Shown here: piece after piece, positions 38,380 through 50,673 of the stretch | Position numbering within the stretch: the first letter of the stretch is position 1 | How the letters are laid out: every line of letters begins with the position of its first letter | Assembly: GCF_006345805.1 (NCBI RefSeq) | Contig: NC_043009.1 | Location: 6,076,001-6,140,000 of the forward strand | Origin: Octopus sinensis | Taxonomy: Eukaryota | Length of the DNA stretch: 64,000 bases | Reading direction: 5' to 3' | Notes under the pieces: model-generated | Seen by the model: the letters and a program-made list of their open reading frames with translations, nothing else | Databases searched by the model: none | Told to the model about the DNA's origin: nothing | Made by a program: the position numbers and the translations under genes

Positions 38380-38720
38380 CATTCATGTAAAGATGTAACG
38401 ACGTTAGTAAAAAGAGGAGTAATATCAAAACTTGATAGCTTTCTACAGAGCACTAACGAATGTAGAATTAAGCGGACCGACCAGTAGTTAAGTCTTTGCT
38501 GAGAAGGAAATAAAGTGATAAAGGTAATAGAGAAGGACTGCAACATAAAATAAATTGAAAGGAAGAGATAAGGATATATAAAAAAGTGATGAAAGGGTTC
38601 AAATTCCATCTTAGATCACAACTATGACTGCGGAATCGCTGACGTAGATCCAGTGGAAATATACCTCGACTGTGGATGATACCAGGTAGCCCAAACTGTG
38701 AATGTGCTTTCCTCGACACA
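38380..38720 (-). pseudogene. Penelope-like (PLE) reverse transcriptase relic
   Basis: Frame-shifted peptides FGLPGIIHSRGIFPL (38641-38697; cf. PLE YGLPKIHKxxxPLRPI) and LSSFDITPLFTNV (38401-38438; cf. PLE xSFDVxSLFTNVP), in the expected order. Confidence 0.65.
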
Positions 38721-39007
38721 TTGGCATTAGTCAGAAGAAAATTACATATATATATGTAATTTGTATATGAAGATAAACCAACAAGGATATCCAGACGTAA
38801 TGCAATACGATCGTTTCATGCAACTCCACTTCATTGAACAATGCAATCATTGCATCAATTTAAAATGCAGAGCAATCTTCAGCTGCACAAAGACATGGAA
38901 TTTAAATTAGAACAGATGGACATATTAGTATAATTATACCTAAGATACCAAAGACGTTAAGGAGATAGACCATATCTATATATACGTAGATGCACCCCCA
39001 CCCCCAC

Positions 39008-39055
<48 letters not shown>

Positions 39056-39070
39056 GAATATATGTATGTA

Positions 39071-39250
39071 TGTTTGTGTGTCTGTGTTTGTCCCTCACCA
39101 TCGCTTGACAACCGATTTTGGTGTGTTTAGGTCGCCGTAAAGTAGCGGCTCGGCAAATGGAACCGATAGAATAAACACTAGGCTTACAGAGGATAAGTAG
39201 GGCGACCTGTTCGACTAAAGGCAGTGCTCCAGTATGGCCGTATTCAAATA
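39071..39250 (+). mobile_element. SINE family A right arm
   Basis: GTCCCTCACCATCGCTTGACAACCG..TTCGACTAAAGGCAGTGCTCCAGTATGGCCG. Confidence 0.85.
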
Positions 39251-39656
39251 CATGTATATTTATATATGCAGTTCTCATAATCCCTCACCCAGTATTAGTA
39301 ACTATCCCATCCATATCTAAGTGCACAAATGAAATGAAAGTTGAGATCGTTCAGACATCAACTCAAGCAGATCATTGCAACGAAGCAAGTTGAGTTGAAT
39401 CCTTTGATGATGTACACAATGGAGATGCAGATAAGCATACCTACCTAGAAATATTTAATAGAGAAAAACTAACAGTTTTAACAAAAGATCATCCGTAATT
39501 GGAAAAAAAATTCTTTTAGTAAAGTATTAAAGGAGAGAAATATGTTTCACTAGAAAACTCGAATTCGAACCCACTTGGTTAATTAACACCCTTTCAACAA
39601 CATCCTCTAATATAAACAATTGTAATCATTTATCTTGAGAGACAGACATACTGATT

Positions 39657-39701
<45 letters not shown>

Positions 39702-40423
39702 TAAGATAGATAGATAGCTAGGTAGCTAGCTAGCTAGATAGATTAGTTGAATTAAGAATTAATGCAAAAATTTTGTTACGTAAACAGGTTCTATTTAAAA
39801 TCAATCGAATTTCTGCGTTACATAATTAATTAAGCAAGGAAATATATTTAATTATTATATCCTTCATGCCACAAACCGATTCATTTACACAGGTCGTTGT
39901 TAAAGCTATCTACATCTTCTCATGCAATGTAATAACCCCCTTAACCAGCCTCACATTACATCCTCCCTAGCTTTTGGAATTCTATCTATCCTGATGTTTG
40001 CGTTGAATTACGTACGTTTAAATAAAACTTGCTAATAGTTTGTCTTCTAATTAATATCGGCATTCAAGAATTTACTTTGTAGTTACTAAATAACACAGGC
40101 TTGTACATCGGTTCATGCATCAAACACATCTGTTTCTCTTAACAAGGAGTAGTGAAGCACTATTAGAAAATTAATCTGGTGAATGCCGCAAAGAGATACG
40201 ACGTGTCGAGTAGTTGATTCCTAATATATTTTTATATAGTTGTTTTGTTTCGGTTATTTATCTGTAATTTGTTTCTTAACATATCTAATTCCCTCGCTGT
40301 TTTTCTTTCATCCTTTCAATAATATCATATAGATGTGTTCTCCTTGAATTGTTCCATTTCTTTGATGCTTTATCTTCCTGTTATTGCTACTTTTGACGAA
40401 AGAATGTTGCAATCTGCTCCCTT

Positions 40424-40472
<49 letters not shown>

Positions 40473-41108
40473 TATATACATAGATAGATATACATAGATA
40501 GATATATGTTTCTATGAATACATACACGCATATTACAAACACTGACAACCATACATTCATATGTATATATATAAGAGAGAGAGAGAGAGAGATACGCACA
40601 GCCATATACATATGTATTGAGATGTTTGTATGTGCGTGGAGGGACGGTTTATAGGTCATTTAACGAGTTTGTGCGTTTGTGCGTTTTCAGTTGGACTTCC
40701 TCTGTTTCATTTATTATTCTAAAGGAAGAATTAACGAAATTATTCTGTTTGTATTTGCTTCAATCTAGCTACAACATGCTGGTATATACATATAACGAAG
40801 CATACTAAAAAATTGTCATACTGACTCATTTAAAAACATATTTAGAAAAGCATAAACTGGTGTGTACCCTGACATATTCGATTAATTTATTAAATTTTGC
40901 TCTACGCTGTAGCACTTAATTGAGCTTTTTCATTTAGATAATCTCTATGGTGCACATGTCAAACAAATGGTAAGAATCTCACATAATTATGTATAACCAA
41001 AGTGAATATGAACACTAAGATGCGCAATAATACTCTTGAAATATATAGTGGACCCTCAGTTTAATTCCAAATGTCAAACAACATAGAAGCCTCATTAGTA
41101 TTCATATC

Positions 41109-41354
41109 TATTTCTTTACTACCCACAAGGGTCTAAACACAGAGGGGACAAACAAGGACAGACACACGGATTAAGTCGATTACATCGACCCCAGTGAGTA
41201 ACTGGCACTTATTTAATTGACCCCGAAAGAATGAAAGGCAAAGTCGACCTCGGTGGAATTTGAACTCAGAACGTTACGGCAGACGAAATACGGCTACGAA
41301 ATACGGCTACGCATTTCGTCCGGCGTGCTAACGTTTCTGCTAGCTCGTCGCCTT
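41109..41354 (-). mobile_element. SINE family B, full, tail type 1
   Basis: Includes an internal 13-bp tandem duplication GAAATACGGCTAC. Confidence 0.92.
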
Positions 41355-41408
41355 CTTCATTTGTTTATTTGTTTGTTTAATTTCATTGTAATTTGAATAT
41401 ATATATAT

Positions 41409-41570
41409 TCGACGGGCTTCTTTCAGTTTCTGTCTACCAAATCTACTTATATGGCTTTGGTTGGCCCCAAGCTTTAGTAGAAAACACTTGTCCAAAGTGC
41501 CACACAGTAGGACTGGACCCGGAACCATGTAATTGGGAAGCAAGCTTCTTACCAAACAGCCACATCTGTA
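41409..41570 (-). mobile_element. SINE family A left arm
   Basis: Reverse complement of the head through GAAGCCCGTCG. Confidence 0.8.
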
Positions 41571-42019
41571 TATTCTCTTCAGAAATTGCATAACCATGTA
41601 GATATAAAGCTATTAATAATAACACGTCATTGTTGTGTTAAAAAATGATTTCAGATAGGAAATTTGAAAAGCCGTCCTTGGGAATTGAACCTACATCTCT
41701 TTTATACATGATGGGTGTTCTTTCGAATGTTTATAAATTCGTATGACGTCAACAGCATTCAATCCTCGCTGGTGAGAAAAAAGTTACTGAAAAACAAACA
41801 ACATTTCGAAGGTTCGCTTTAGTAATGCCCTTGTGATATATAGAAGATATATGGTTTCGAGTGTCACGGGCAGCCTTTAAATTTATTTACATGCTTATTC
41901 ATAATTTTATATGGACTTTGAGATCGTATTTCTCGAGATCCACCTTCTCCCGAATGCTTACGAATTTTTATGGTGTCATATATATATATATGCTTGTGTG
42001 TGTGTGTGTTTGTGTGTGT

Positions 42020-42349
42020 GTGAAGGCACATGACTCAGTGGTTAGAGCGTCGAGCTTACGATCGTGAGGTTGGGAGCTCGAATCCCGGACCGGGATGCGT
42101 GTTGTGTTCTTGAGCAAGACACTTTATTGCTTCAGTTCACTCAGCTATAGAAATCAGTTGTGACATCACAGGTACCAAGCTGTATAGCCCCTTGAATTTC
42201 CCTTGAATAACACTGGTGACGTGGAGAGGGGAAGTCGGTATGCATGGCGACTGCTGGTCTTCCATAAGCATCCTTACTGGGACTTGTGCCTGGGAGGGTA
42301 ACTATCTAGGTGCAATACCATGGTCAGTGTCGTGACCGAAGGGGGTCTC
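42020..42349 (+). mobile_element. SINE family C, full length
   Basis: A box (TGACTCAGTGG), B box (GCTCGAATCCC), ends GAAGGGGGTCTC. Confidence 0.92.
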
Positions 42350-42424
42350 GGTGTATAATATATATACATGTGTGTGTGTTAATGTATAAGCATGTGTGCA
42401 TTAAAATTTCGAAGTAATAAATTG

Positions 42425-42530
42425 AGAATGCCTTCCATGTTTCGGCCTGTTAGTCTTCGTCAGTGTCCCGCGGTAACACGCTGAAACGATGGCGTCACTC
42501 TCAACCTTCTATAAGCTGAAAGTGGATGAA
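42425..42530 (-). repeat. Penelope-type terminal fragment with decayed minimal hammerhead (about 42430-42468)
   Basis: Minus strand gaca-CUGACGA-A-GAC uaaca GGC C-GAAA-CAUGGA-aggc. Canonical core, but stems and U16.1 are damaged. Confidence 0.4.
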
Positions 42531-43534
42531 CATGTTCTCTACTAAGGAGTATTGACTAATCTTCCAGTTTCATCTGAAAACGTATTAGCATTGATATAAA
42601 ACAAGCACAGACACACACACAGGCTGCATATTTCGGTAGATCCAGGTATAACAACAGCTAGCTTATTTTTACATTTAAATACAAATTCTATATAAAATTA
42701 GACTGTTCGGCTTGGTTTTCATACACATTTTCCCATATATTCCAGGGTTACAATCGACATGTCGATCTATAAATGGAAACTTGTATGTGCATATTAATAT
42801 TTATTGATCCGATCTAATGCAACTCGTTCAACTTCTCTGTCAACTTACAAATCTATCCTTTATTTATCTGATAAACGTTTCAATCAATCGATGAATTAAT
42901 TAATATATTTCTTTATCTCGCGAACAGGAAAGATGGCTGAGATAGTATAAATCGCGTGACTAAATCCATTACAGTAATCATAACAAGATTCTATATTCGC
43001 GTTTGAGATTTCACCCTAGTGAGTCAAGGTTACATTTTATTTATTCGAATTAATTAAAATAAGTAATAGCTATATTCTGTTGTCGTTTAAAGTCCAACAG
43101 ATATCCAGTGCATCACGCATAATAATTTTCCCCGTGGGTATAATTGAAATTGGCTTTTCAAATCAACAATATGTCAATATTACGGCGAGGCTGCTGCTAA
43201 CTACTGACTGGCTTTTTAGTAAAACATTCTGCCCGAAATAGCAGTCAAATGCTCCAGAGATCACAAATTGTAATCTTTATTAAACTAGGAAATATAGTAG
43301 AAACATTCTGCTGTGATAGAAGAAAATGAAGAGTTGATAATAACTGGTAGAATTCTGATAATGACTTTTGTTTATCAAGATTCACATAGTGTTAACATGG
43401 AAAAAGAAACAAAGAAAAATAAATTTTAGAAAAGCATGTGGTTACTAACAATGACAATCTCTTAGGCATTTTAGCAACAATTGCTCCGGTGCAAATGGTT
43501 AGTATGACCATGATAAACCTGCCGCACATTGACA

Positions 43535-43690
43535 GAATATTTTGGCACAAGGCCAAGTCGATTACATTAACCGCAATGCTCAACTGGTACGTATTTTATC
43601 AACACCGCAAGCATGGAAGGCTAAATCCACCACAGCAGAATTTAATCTAGAACATTTTGCGCAGCGTGTTAACGATATTGCCGACCGGCG
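43535..43690 (-). mobile_element. Degenerate SINE family B
   Basis: GGCACAAGGCC..GTCGATTACAT..AACTGGTAC remnants. Confidence 0.55.
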
Positions 43691-45688
43691 TCCTTACATT
43701 GCCTGAATATCACCAGGTAGTTTCCCTTTCAATATAGTGCGTAGTATACTTTCAAATGTCTCCTTATAATTTCAACTTTAGAAATCTAAATATGATTCTA
43801 GGTTACTTCAAATATGTTTGCGACATATCTTAACTTCTTACACAAAACCACGCAATGAATCGAGAAGTAAAACAATCCGTTCTCATGGTAAAGGTAGCTG
43901 CTCAGTATCTCTCGATTTGCTTCTAACCTTCCTCGGTTTGAGATACTGGAAAGATAACTCTGGTCATACTACAAAGCTCCAGATTTATCGAGGGACAATT
44001 AATATTAGTGACTAGCGCGGCAACGACTCTATTTGTTCTGACAAGTGCAAGTCAGTCACTAATATTGATTGTTCTAAGATAAAGCTGCGGTTTTATAATC
44101 TGTCCAGGGTTATCTCCCGTCGGTATTTCCTACTGAGGAAAGCAAAGGAGTTAGAAACGCATTTAGGAGTCCACTAGTGGGACACACTGAGCAGTTGAGT
44201 TGTTTTTACAGCATTTACCATAAGAAACAATTCTACCAATAAGCCCGAATTATTTTTTCTTCGACAAACTGCAAACAATTTGCTAGTTAAGTTAGAGAAT
44301 GTCACAAACATATTTTTACCCATCATCACGCTTAGCTTGACTACAACTAAGTATATTTGTCTTTTCATTTGGCATATAGGGACACTACATACAGTCTTCC
44401 AATTCTGTTGGGCAATGAATACATTGTTCTAATTCTGCTGGACAATAAATAATTTTTTCTAATTTTGCTTGGCAGAACTGGAACAATTTATTTACACAAA
44501 CCAACTTTCTATCAAATATCAGACGCTTCTCTGTGAATATAATCAATTCTGCTTCCGATTCTCTAATGGTAGCACAATTGTATGCAAATTTGAATGGTTA
44601 ACTAACTTATATTTTCATATTTAAAGTTAAAATCTATAATATTAAATATTTCTTTTATTCTTAATATTCTATATAATAAAAACACATTTGTTTCAAATGT
44701 TCTACGAATTTCTCTTTATCTGAGATGTTATACCAGGCAAACATGCGGAATGTTTTATTTGTTTTCTACCATATCTCAAAGATTGTACTATGACGTTATG
44801 AGAAGCACAAGCTACAGAGTGGGCTCTGTTTCAAATATAAAAGAAGGAACAGACTGCATATAAAGCGGCGTTATGCTTAGTATAATATGACTAGACTTGT
44901 ACACTCTTTGGATCTAGTTTTTTTTCATTCACAAATGTGCATTTTGTAAAAGACAGTAAAAAATCTGAAAATCGGCTATAACAATGTAGCCTCCCAGTCT
45001 CATTGCTTTGAAGATATGATATTGTGGAGAAAATAATTGGAGGAAAATGCTACAGATGTTTAAAAATAGAAAAAAAAACTTGACATTTTTAGCCAGTAGC
45101 GAGACAGAAATTTTCTGCATTTAGAGGAGCGGTGTCAAATTTAAGGTTGTACCCAGTGAAATTTAGTGTTTGTCTGCATGTGCTTACTTTATGCGTATTT
45201 CAGTATTATGTATATCTGTCATGTATTTGTGTACATCATTAATATGTAAGTGTACGTGGATGTATGTATTCATATATAAGTTTCTATGTACATTTATGCA
45301 TTCATGTGTGTGTGTGTGTGTGCGTGCGTATGTGTGTGCGTATGTGAAGGGGACGTCTGTCTCCAAAATTCCAAAACTAAGTAACATTTGTATGCTTGGA
45401 TTTGTAAACTACTATAAGAATAACACTGGCCAAAACAGAATTTGCCCCAAGGAAAAGAATGACTGTATCACAAATATTTTTTGTATGCAGAATTCAAAAA
45501 TGATGTCAAATTATGTGTATCACCCAGGTTCTCTGTTCTACGATATCCCTCTTAGTTGCTGTTACGTGGGCTAAATTTCAGTTCAGCTGTTGAAATATGA
45601 AGCTAACAGTTTAAGAAATACACCTAATTCTAAATTTTATGAAGAGAATTAAACTAACGAAATCATAAATCCCGCCCCCTGAGCCAAT

Positions 45689-45914
45689 GCGAGCTGGCAG
45701 AAGCGTTAGCGCGCCGGGCGAAATGCGTAGCCGTATTTCGTCTGTCGTTACGTTCTGAGTTCAAATTCCGCCGAGGTCGACTTTGCCTTTCATCCTTTCG
45801 GGGTCGATAAATAAAGTACCAGTTTCGCACTGGGTCGATGTAATCGACTCAATCCCTTTGTCTGTCCTTGTTTGTTCCCTCTATGTTTAGCCCCTTGTGG
45901 GTAATAAAGAAATA
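45689..45914 (+). mobile_element. SINE family B, full, tail type 1
   Basis: Near-consensus copy ending AATAAAGAAATA. Confidence 0.92.
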
Positions 45915-46723
45915 AATATATGAAATAAAAAGTATGTATTAATACTAACATACAGCAAAAAGCACAGAAATATACTAACGCACAGTAAAATTAAAGCAAA
46001 ATACGTGGGTGAAAATAACCTCGTGGTGTGAAGAATTAAGTGTGAAAAATCAACATGGACAACAAATGCAGAGCCAGCTGTGAACCATAACACAGCGTGT
46101 GGTCGTCAAGGTAAAAAGCCCCGAATGCCACGCTGTCTGTTGATTCGCTAAAATTACCCAAATTACCTAACTTTCATGCCACATAACATCAGATTCTTTG
46201 ATTTAGAAGATAAAGTAATTGGTTGATTGTAATGAAAATTCAGAATTGCACCGATACACCAAAATTGAAGGCAATCTGAGCAAAATTAAGAGACTGAATG
46301 AGAAAGACTAGATCCCACTATTCATTGCTTGCCAACTTTTATGAGCCAAAATCTACGCACATACACGCATATAGACACACATGTACATATTTACATATTG
46401 CTACCTTGTATATATGAGTGTGACGTGTATGTGCGTGTGCGTGTGCGTGTAGTCCATTTACAAGATAAAATTCTAAAGTTCGGGGTGAACACTCATCCTG
46501 TAAGCATGAAGATATGAACAGATGGGAAATAACTATTCGTTAAAACGATACAGCAGAGGAATGTACATAATGTTACTTAGGGACCTTGTCTCTGTTAGTG
46601 GTTTTCTAATGAGATTTTGAATAGTTTGGGGACGTATGTGAAACACAAACATACACCGACTGACATTTTTTGGCCCGACTAATCGACGTAACTTATTTGT
46701 CTTTTTTTATCATTTTTTTCTTT

Positions 46724-46881
46724 AGGAGAGGCTGTGTGGTAAGAAGCTTGCTTCACAACCACATGGTTTCCGAGTTCAGTCTCCCTGCGCGGCACTTTGG
46801 GCAAATGTCTTCTACTAGAGCCTCGGGCCGACCAAAGCATTGTGAGTGGATTTGGTTGATGGAAACAGAAAGAAACCCGTC

Positions 46882-46940
<59 letters not shown>

Positions 46941-47146
46941 AGTGTCTGTGTGTGTGTCTGTGTTTGGCACTCCACCAGCACTTGACAACCGTTGTTGGTA
47001 TGTTTACGTCCCCGTAACTTAGCGGTGCGGCAAAGAAGACCGGTATAATAAGTACTAGGGGTCGATTTGTTCTACTATATACGGTGCTTCAGCACTGCCG
47101 CATTAAAAATGATTGGAACAAGTCAAAGAAAAAAGAATAAAAGAAT
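46724..47146 (+). mobile_element. SINE family A, full length
   Basis: Both arms and the internal (TA)/(TG) tract. Confidence 0.9.
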
Positions 47147-47770
47147 AAATATGCATTATGGTCATTGTGGAATGACTGTTTATCTTCGAATTTTCTGAGG
47201 TTATTTTTCGAAGTCTGCCGTATGTTGTTACTTTTGCTTACTGCATCAGTTATAAATTACAGATATTTTTTTTTGCAAATCAGAGTCACTCTTTTTTGCA
47301 TTAAAACTGAAAAATGACAAATGAGGAAAAATAAAAAGAAGTATGAGAAAAATGAATTTTTGCTTAAGGTCATTCAACCTACCTGAAAAATAACAGGAAA
47401 AATCTATCATAACCCCCAGCTTAATTGCTAATAATGGAGTGTATAGTCAAATGTTCGCAAGACCACTGTTCAAAGAAAGAGAAAATTATATGAATATGTG
47501 CATATGTAAGCACGTATATGAATGTGAGAGTACAAGAATGTGTCTCAGAATGCGCGTGAATACTACATATATATAAAGAGATATACAATTATGGGAAAAG
47601 TTACGTATATATTAAATAACAGTTCGGTAGAAGTAACATATATTTGAATTCATATACAATACGTGAGTGGTGTGTGCTATTAGGCAGAGATTGTTTTGTT
47701 TTACAACACATTGTGCAAAACATACTGTGTCGTCATTCGTCGCTCTAAAATCATCTACATTTAAATATAT

Positions 47771-48112
47771 TACTCTTTTAATCTTTTACTTGTCTCAGAC
47801 ATTTGACTGCAGCCATACTGGAGCAACGGATTTTAGTCGAGCAAATCGAACCCAGGGCTTATTCTTTGTAAGCCAAGTCACGGGGACGTGAACACACCAG
47901 CATCGGTTGTCAAGCGATGTTGGGGGGGGGGAAACACACACACACACGCATATATATATACGACGGGCTTCTTTCAGTTTCCGTCTATGAAATCCACTCA
48001 CATGGATTTGGTCAGCCCGAGACTATAGCAGAAGACACTTGCCCAAGGTGCCACGCAGTGGGACTGAATCCGGAATCATGTGGTTCGTAAGCACGCTACT
48101 TACCACACAACC
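47771..48112 (-). mobile_element. SINE family A, full length
   Basis: Reverse complement of both arms. Confidence 0.9.
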
Positions 48113-48499
48113 TGCCCTCATGATATCGTAAGCTGTCTTCGAGAAAAGTTTGAACTTGAGACATACGGAGAGAAATAGTTCTTGTTTCTCGAAGCTGTTA
48201 TTAATTTGACAGATTGGGTCTTAATCAAGGAAACCCGAGTCTTCTTATGTTCTGGAAGACATATGTCTACATCTTCTAAATATGTTTAATATAAAAAAAA
48301 ATTATATCAAGTATGGAAAGGAAACAAATGTCGACACAAATAAGCATAAACACGTGCGATTTGTATGAAATAAATGGGGTCAATTATATGAATGGATTAA
48401 AATGCGATCTACTGAGAAATATACATCAGTACATGCGTGGTGGGGAGGAATGTATGGATGTATGTATATGTATATGTATGTATATCTATTATATCTCTC

Positions 48500-48549
48500 T
48501 GCTTCTCTCTCTCTATATATATACATACATATATATATATATGTATGGA

Positions 48550-48635
<86 letters not shown>

Positions 48636-48800
48636 TGTATACATACATGTATATATATATATATACATGTATACATACCATACATGTATATATATATATA
48701 TAGATAGATAGATAGATACATACATACATACATACATACATACATACATACATACATACATACATACATACATACATACACACATACATATACATATACA
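48500..48800. repeat. (TA)n/(GATA)/(CATA)n compound
   Basis: Direct reading. Confidence 0.96.
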
Positions 48801-50334
48801 GATACACAGCCAAAGAGCCCGAACACACACACGCGTGTGTGTGTGTTTGTGTGTGTCTAAAGAAACTTCCCGTTCCCCTGTTTTAAACAGCCCACCCGTA
48901 AGAATATATGTTTCTGAGAAGTTATGAGGACTTATGAAATTAGTAATGGTGATGATAATAGTTATTTGCTGAGATTTGATATGCAAAAAAAACAAAAAAA
49001 TTATGATCTTATTTTCTTTTTTCAATTATTATTTTAGTTTAGTTTAGTTTTCGATTTTATGATTTAATTTCTTGTGAATCTCAAAGATAAAACGCCCGAA
49101 TACATCCGCTTGTAAATGATGCTGAAGTTGAAAGTGGAAATAAACTACAACCTGCCACTTTCTCTGTTTTTTTCTTTTTCTTTTTCACATTCTTATTCTT
49201 TCTCTTTTTCTCCCTCTTTCACTCACTCGCTATTAATATACATGTGTATAGAAGTCTCCATGTACATCTGCGTCTGCGTAGATGTGTATCTTTATCTATA
49301 CATGATTATATTTCAGGAAATTATAGATATGTCAAGCTATATATTTTTGGTCGAACAAAATTTTTAACTGACATTTGCTTTATTTATTGTCACTTCATTT
49401 CCGCAATAAATGGCTGGTTAAGTTGACTGTTGTAACTGCATGGAATATGGAAGTAAATGCTAAACACACATCTACTTACACACAAACGTAGTTACTTACA
49501 AATACGCACGTTTCTTATATCTTAAAATATTAACCGAATCATTACTCAAGACTTAGATAAATGTATTATCGGATTCATTATTAAAATACTGAATTCATCT
49601 TCTGATCATTTAACGAGTACAGAAATAGGAGTGTTGGCTAGTGATGCACGTACTAAGTAACAAAAAGTTCAGTAGTTTCTGATAGAGGTATAGAAAGATA
49701 GACATACACATATGGATGTGTTAGTATATGTATACATACTCAAGTGTGTGTGAAAATGTGCACAAAACACACAAACATATATATGTATGCATATGTGTAT
49801 ATATGTATATATGTATGTACATATGTATGCATGTAGGCATGTATGCATGTCAGCTGATGCAAACAGGATATATAGAATTCAATCTATGAGTATATGCATG
49901 TTTTTTTTTTTAATATTTAGCAGAAGCAACAGTGACTAAAGGACCAAATCAAGAAATTTTCGGCTGTTGAGTCATTTTGTTGCTTTCGCTAAATACTAAA
50001 ATGCGTACATATACGTTTATATATACGTTTACCCTCTTTTGTATCTACCCCTTTTGATGTTTGGGAATTCTCTGATGTTTTTTCGGCTGACGAGTACGAG
50101 CCATCTGTATTTACTGCATTTTTTGTAGCTTATTAAAGATGTCATCGTACGGAACAATTGTACTGAGATTTTAATCCAGTCTTGTTGCTTTTTTCCAATT
50201 TGTAATCACCCCGCTTGTCGTATGGTTAACACCATATAGATTTCCGGTGCATCCTAGTTAAGGACCATATTCATGTAAATTCATTAGAATTCATTTGAAT
50301 CTCAATTACTCAAACCGTATATATATATATATAT

Positions 50335-50398
<64 letters not shown>

Positions 50399-50626
50399 TG
50401 TATTGGAAGGTTTGGAGATGATGTACAGGTATTTTACATTCGAAGAAATGAGGTACTCATAAATTCGGATGGATTTCTGTTTGTGGATCTGATATTTGTC
50501 CATCCATTCTGATGTCTTGTATATATATGTATATATGTATATATATATGTATGTATGTATGTGTATATGTGTGTGCGTATGTTGTGTGTATGTATATATG
50601 TATATGCATACATCTCTCTCTCTACA

Positions 50627-50673
<47 letters not shown>

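Noticed and set aside
42020-42100. tRNA genes suggested by A/B boxes in SINE heads (also 191, 6111, 10860, 12380)
   Set aside because: No complete cloverleaf; each continues into a SINE body and is multi-copy.
43060-43260. Possible RTE RT remnant on the minus strand
   Set aside because: Only a weak VDL..RGK resemblance; not supportable without a search.
45671-45688. GC box plus CCAAT (CCCGCCCCCTGAGCCAAT)
   Set aside because: Lies at the edge of probable repeat sequence and abuts a SINE insertion; a single short motif pair is insufficient.
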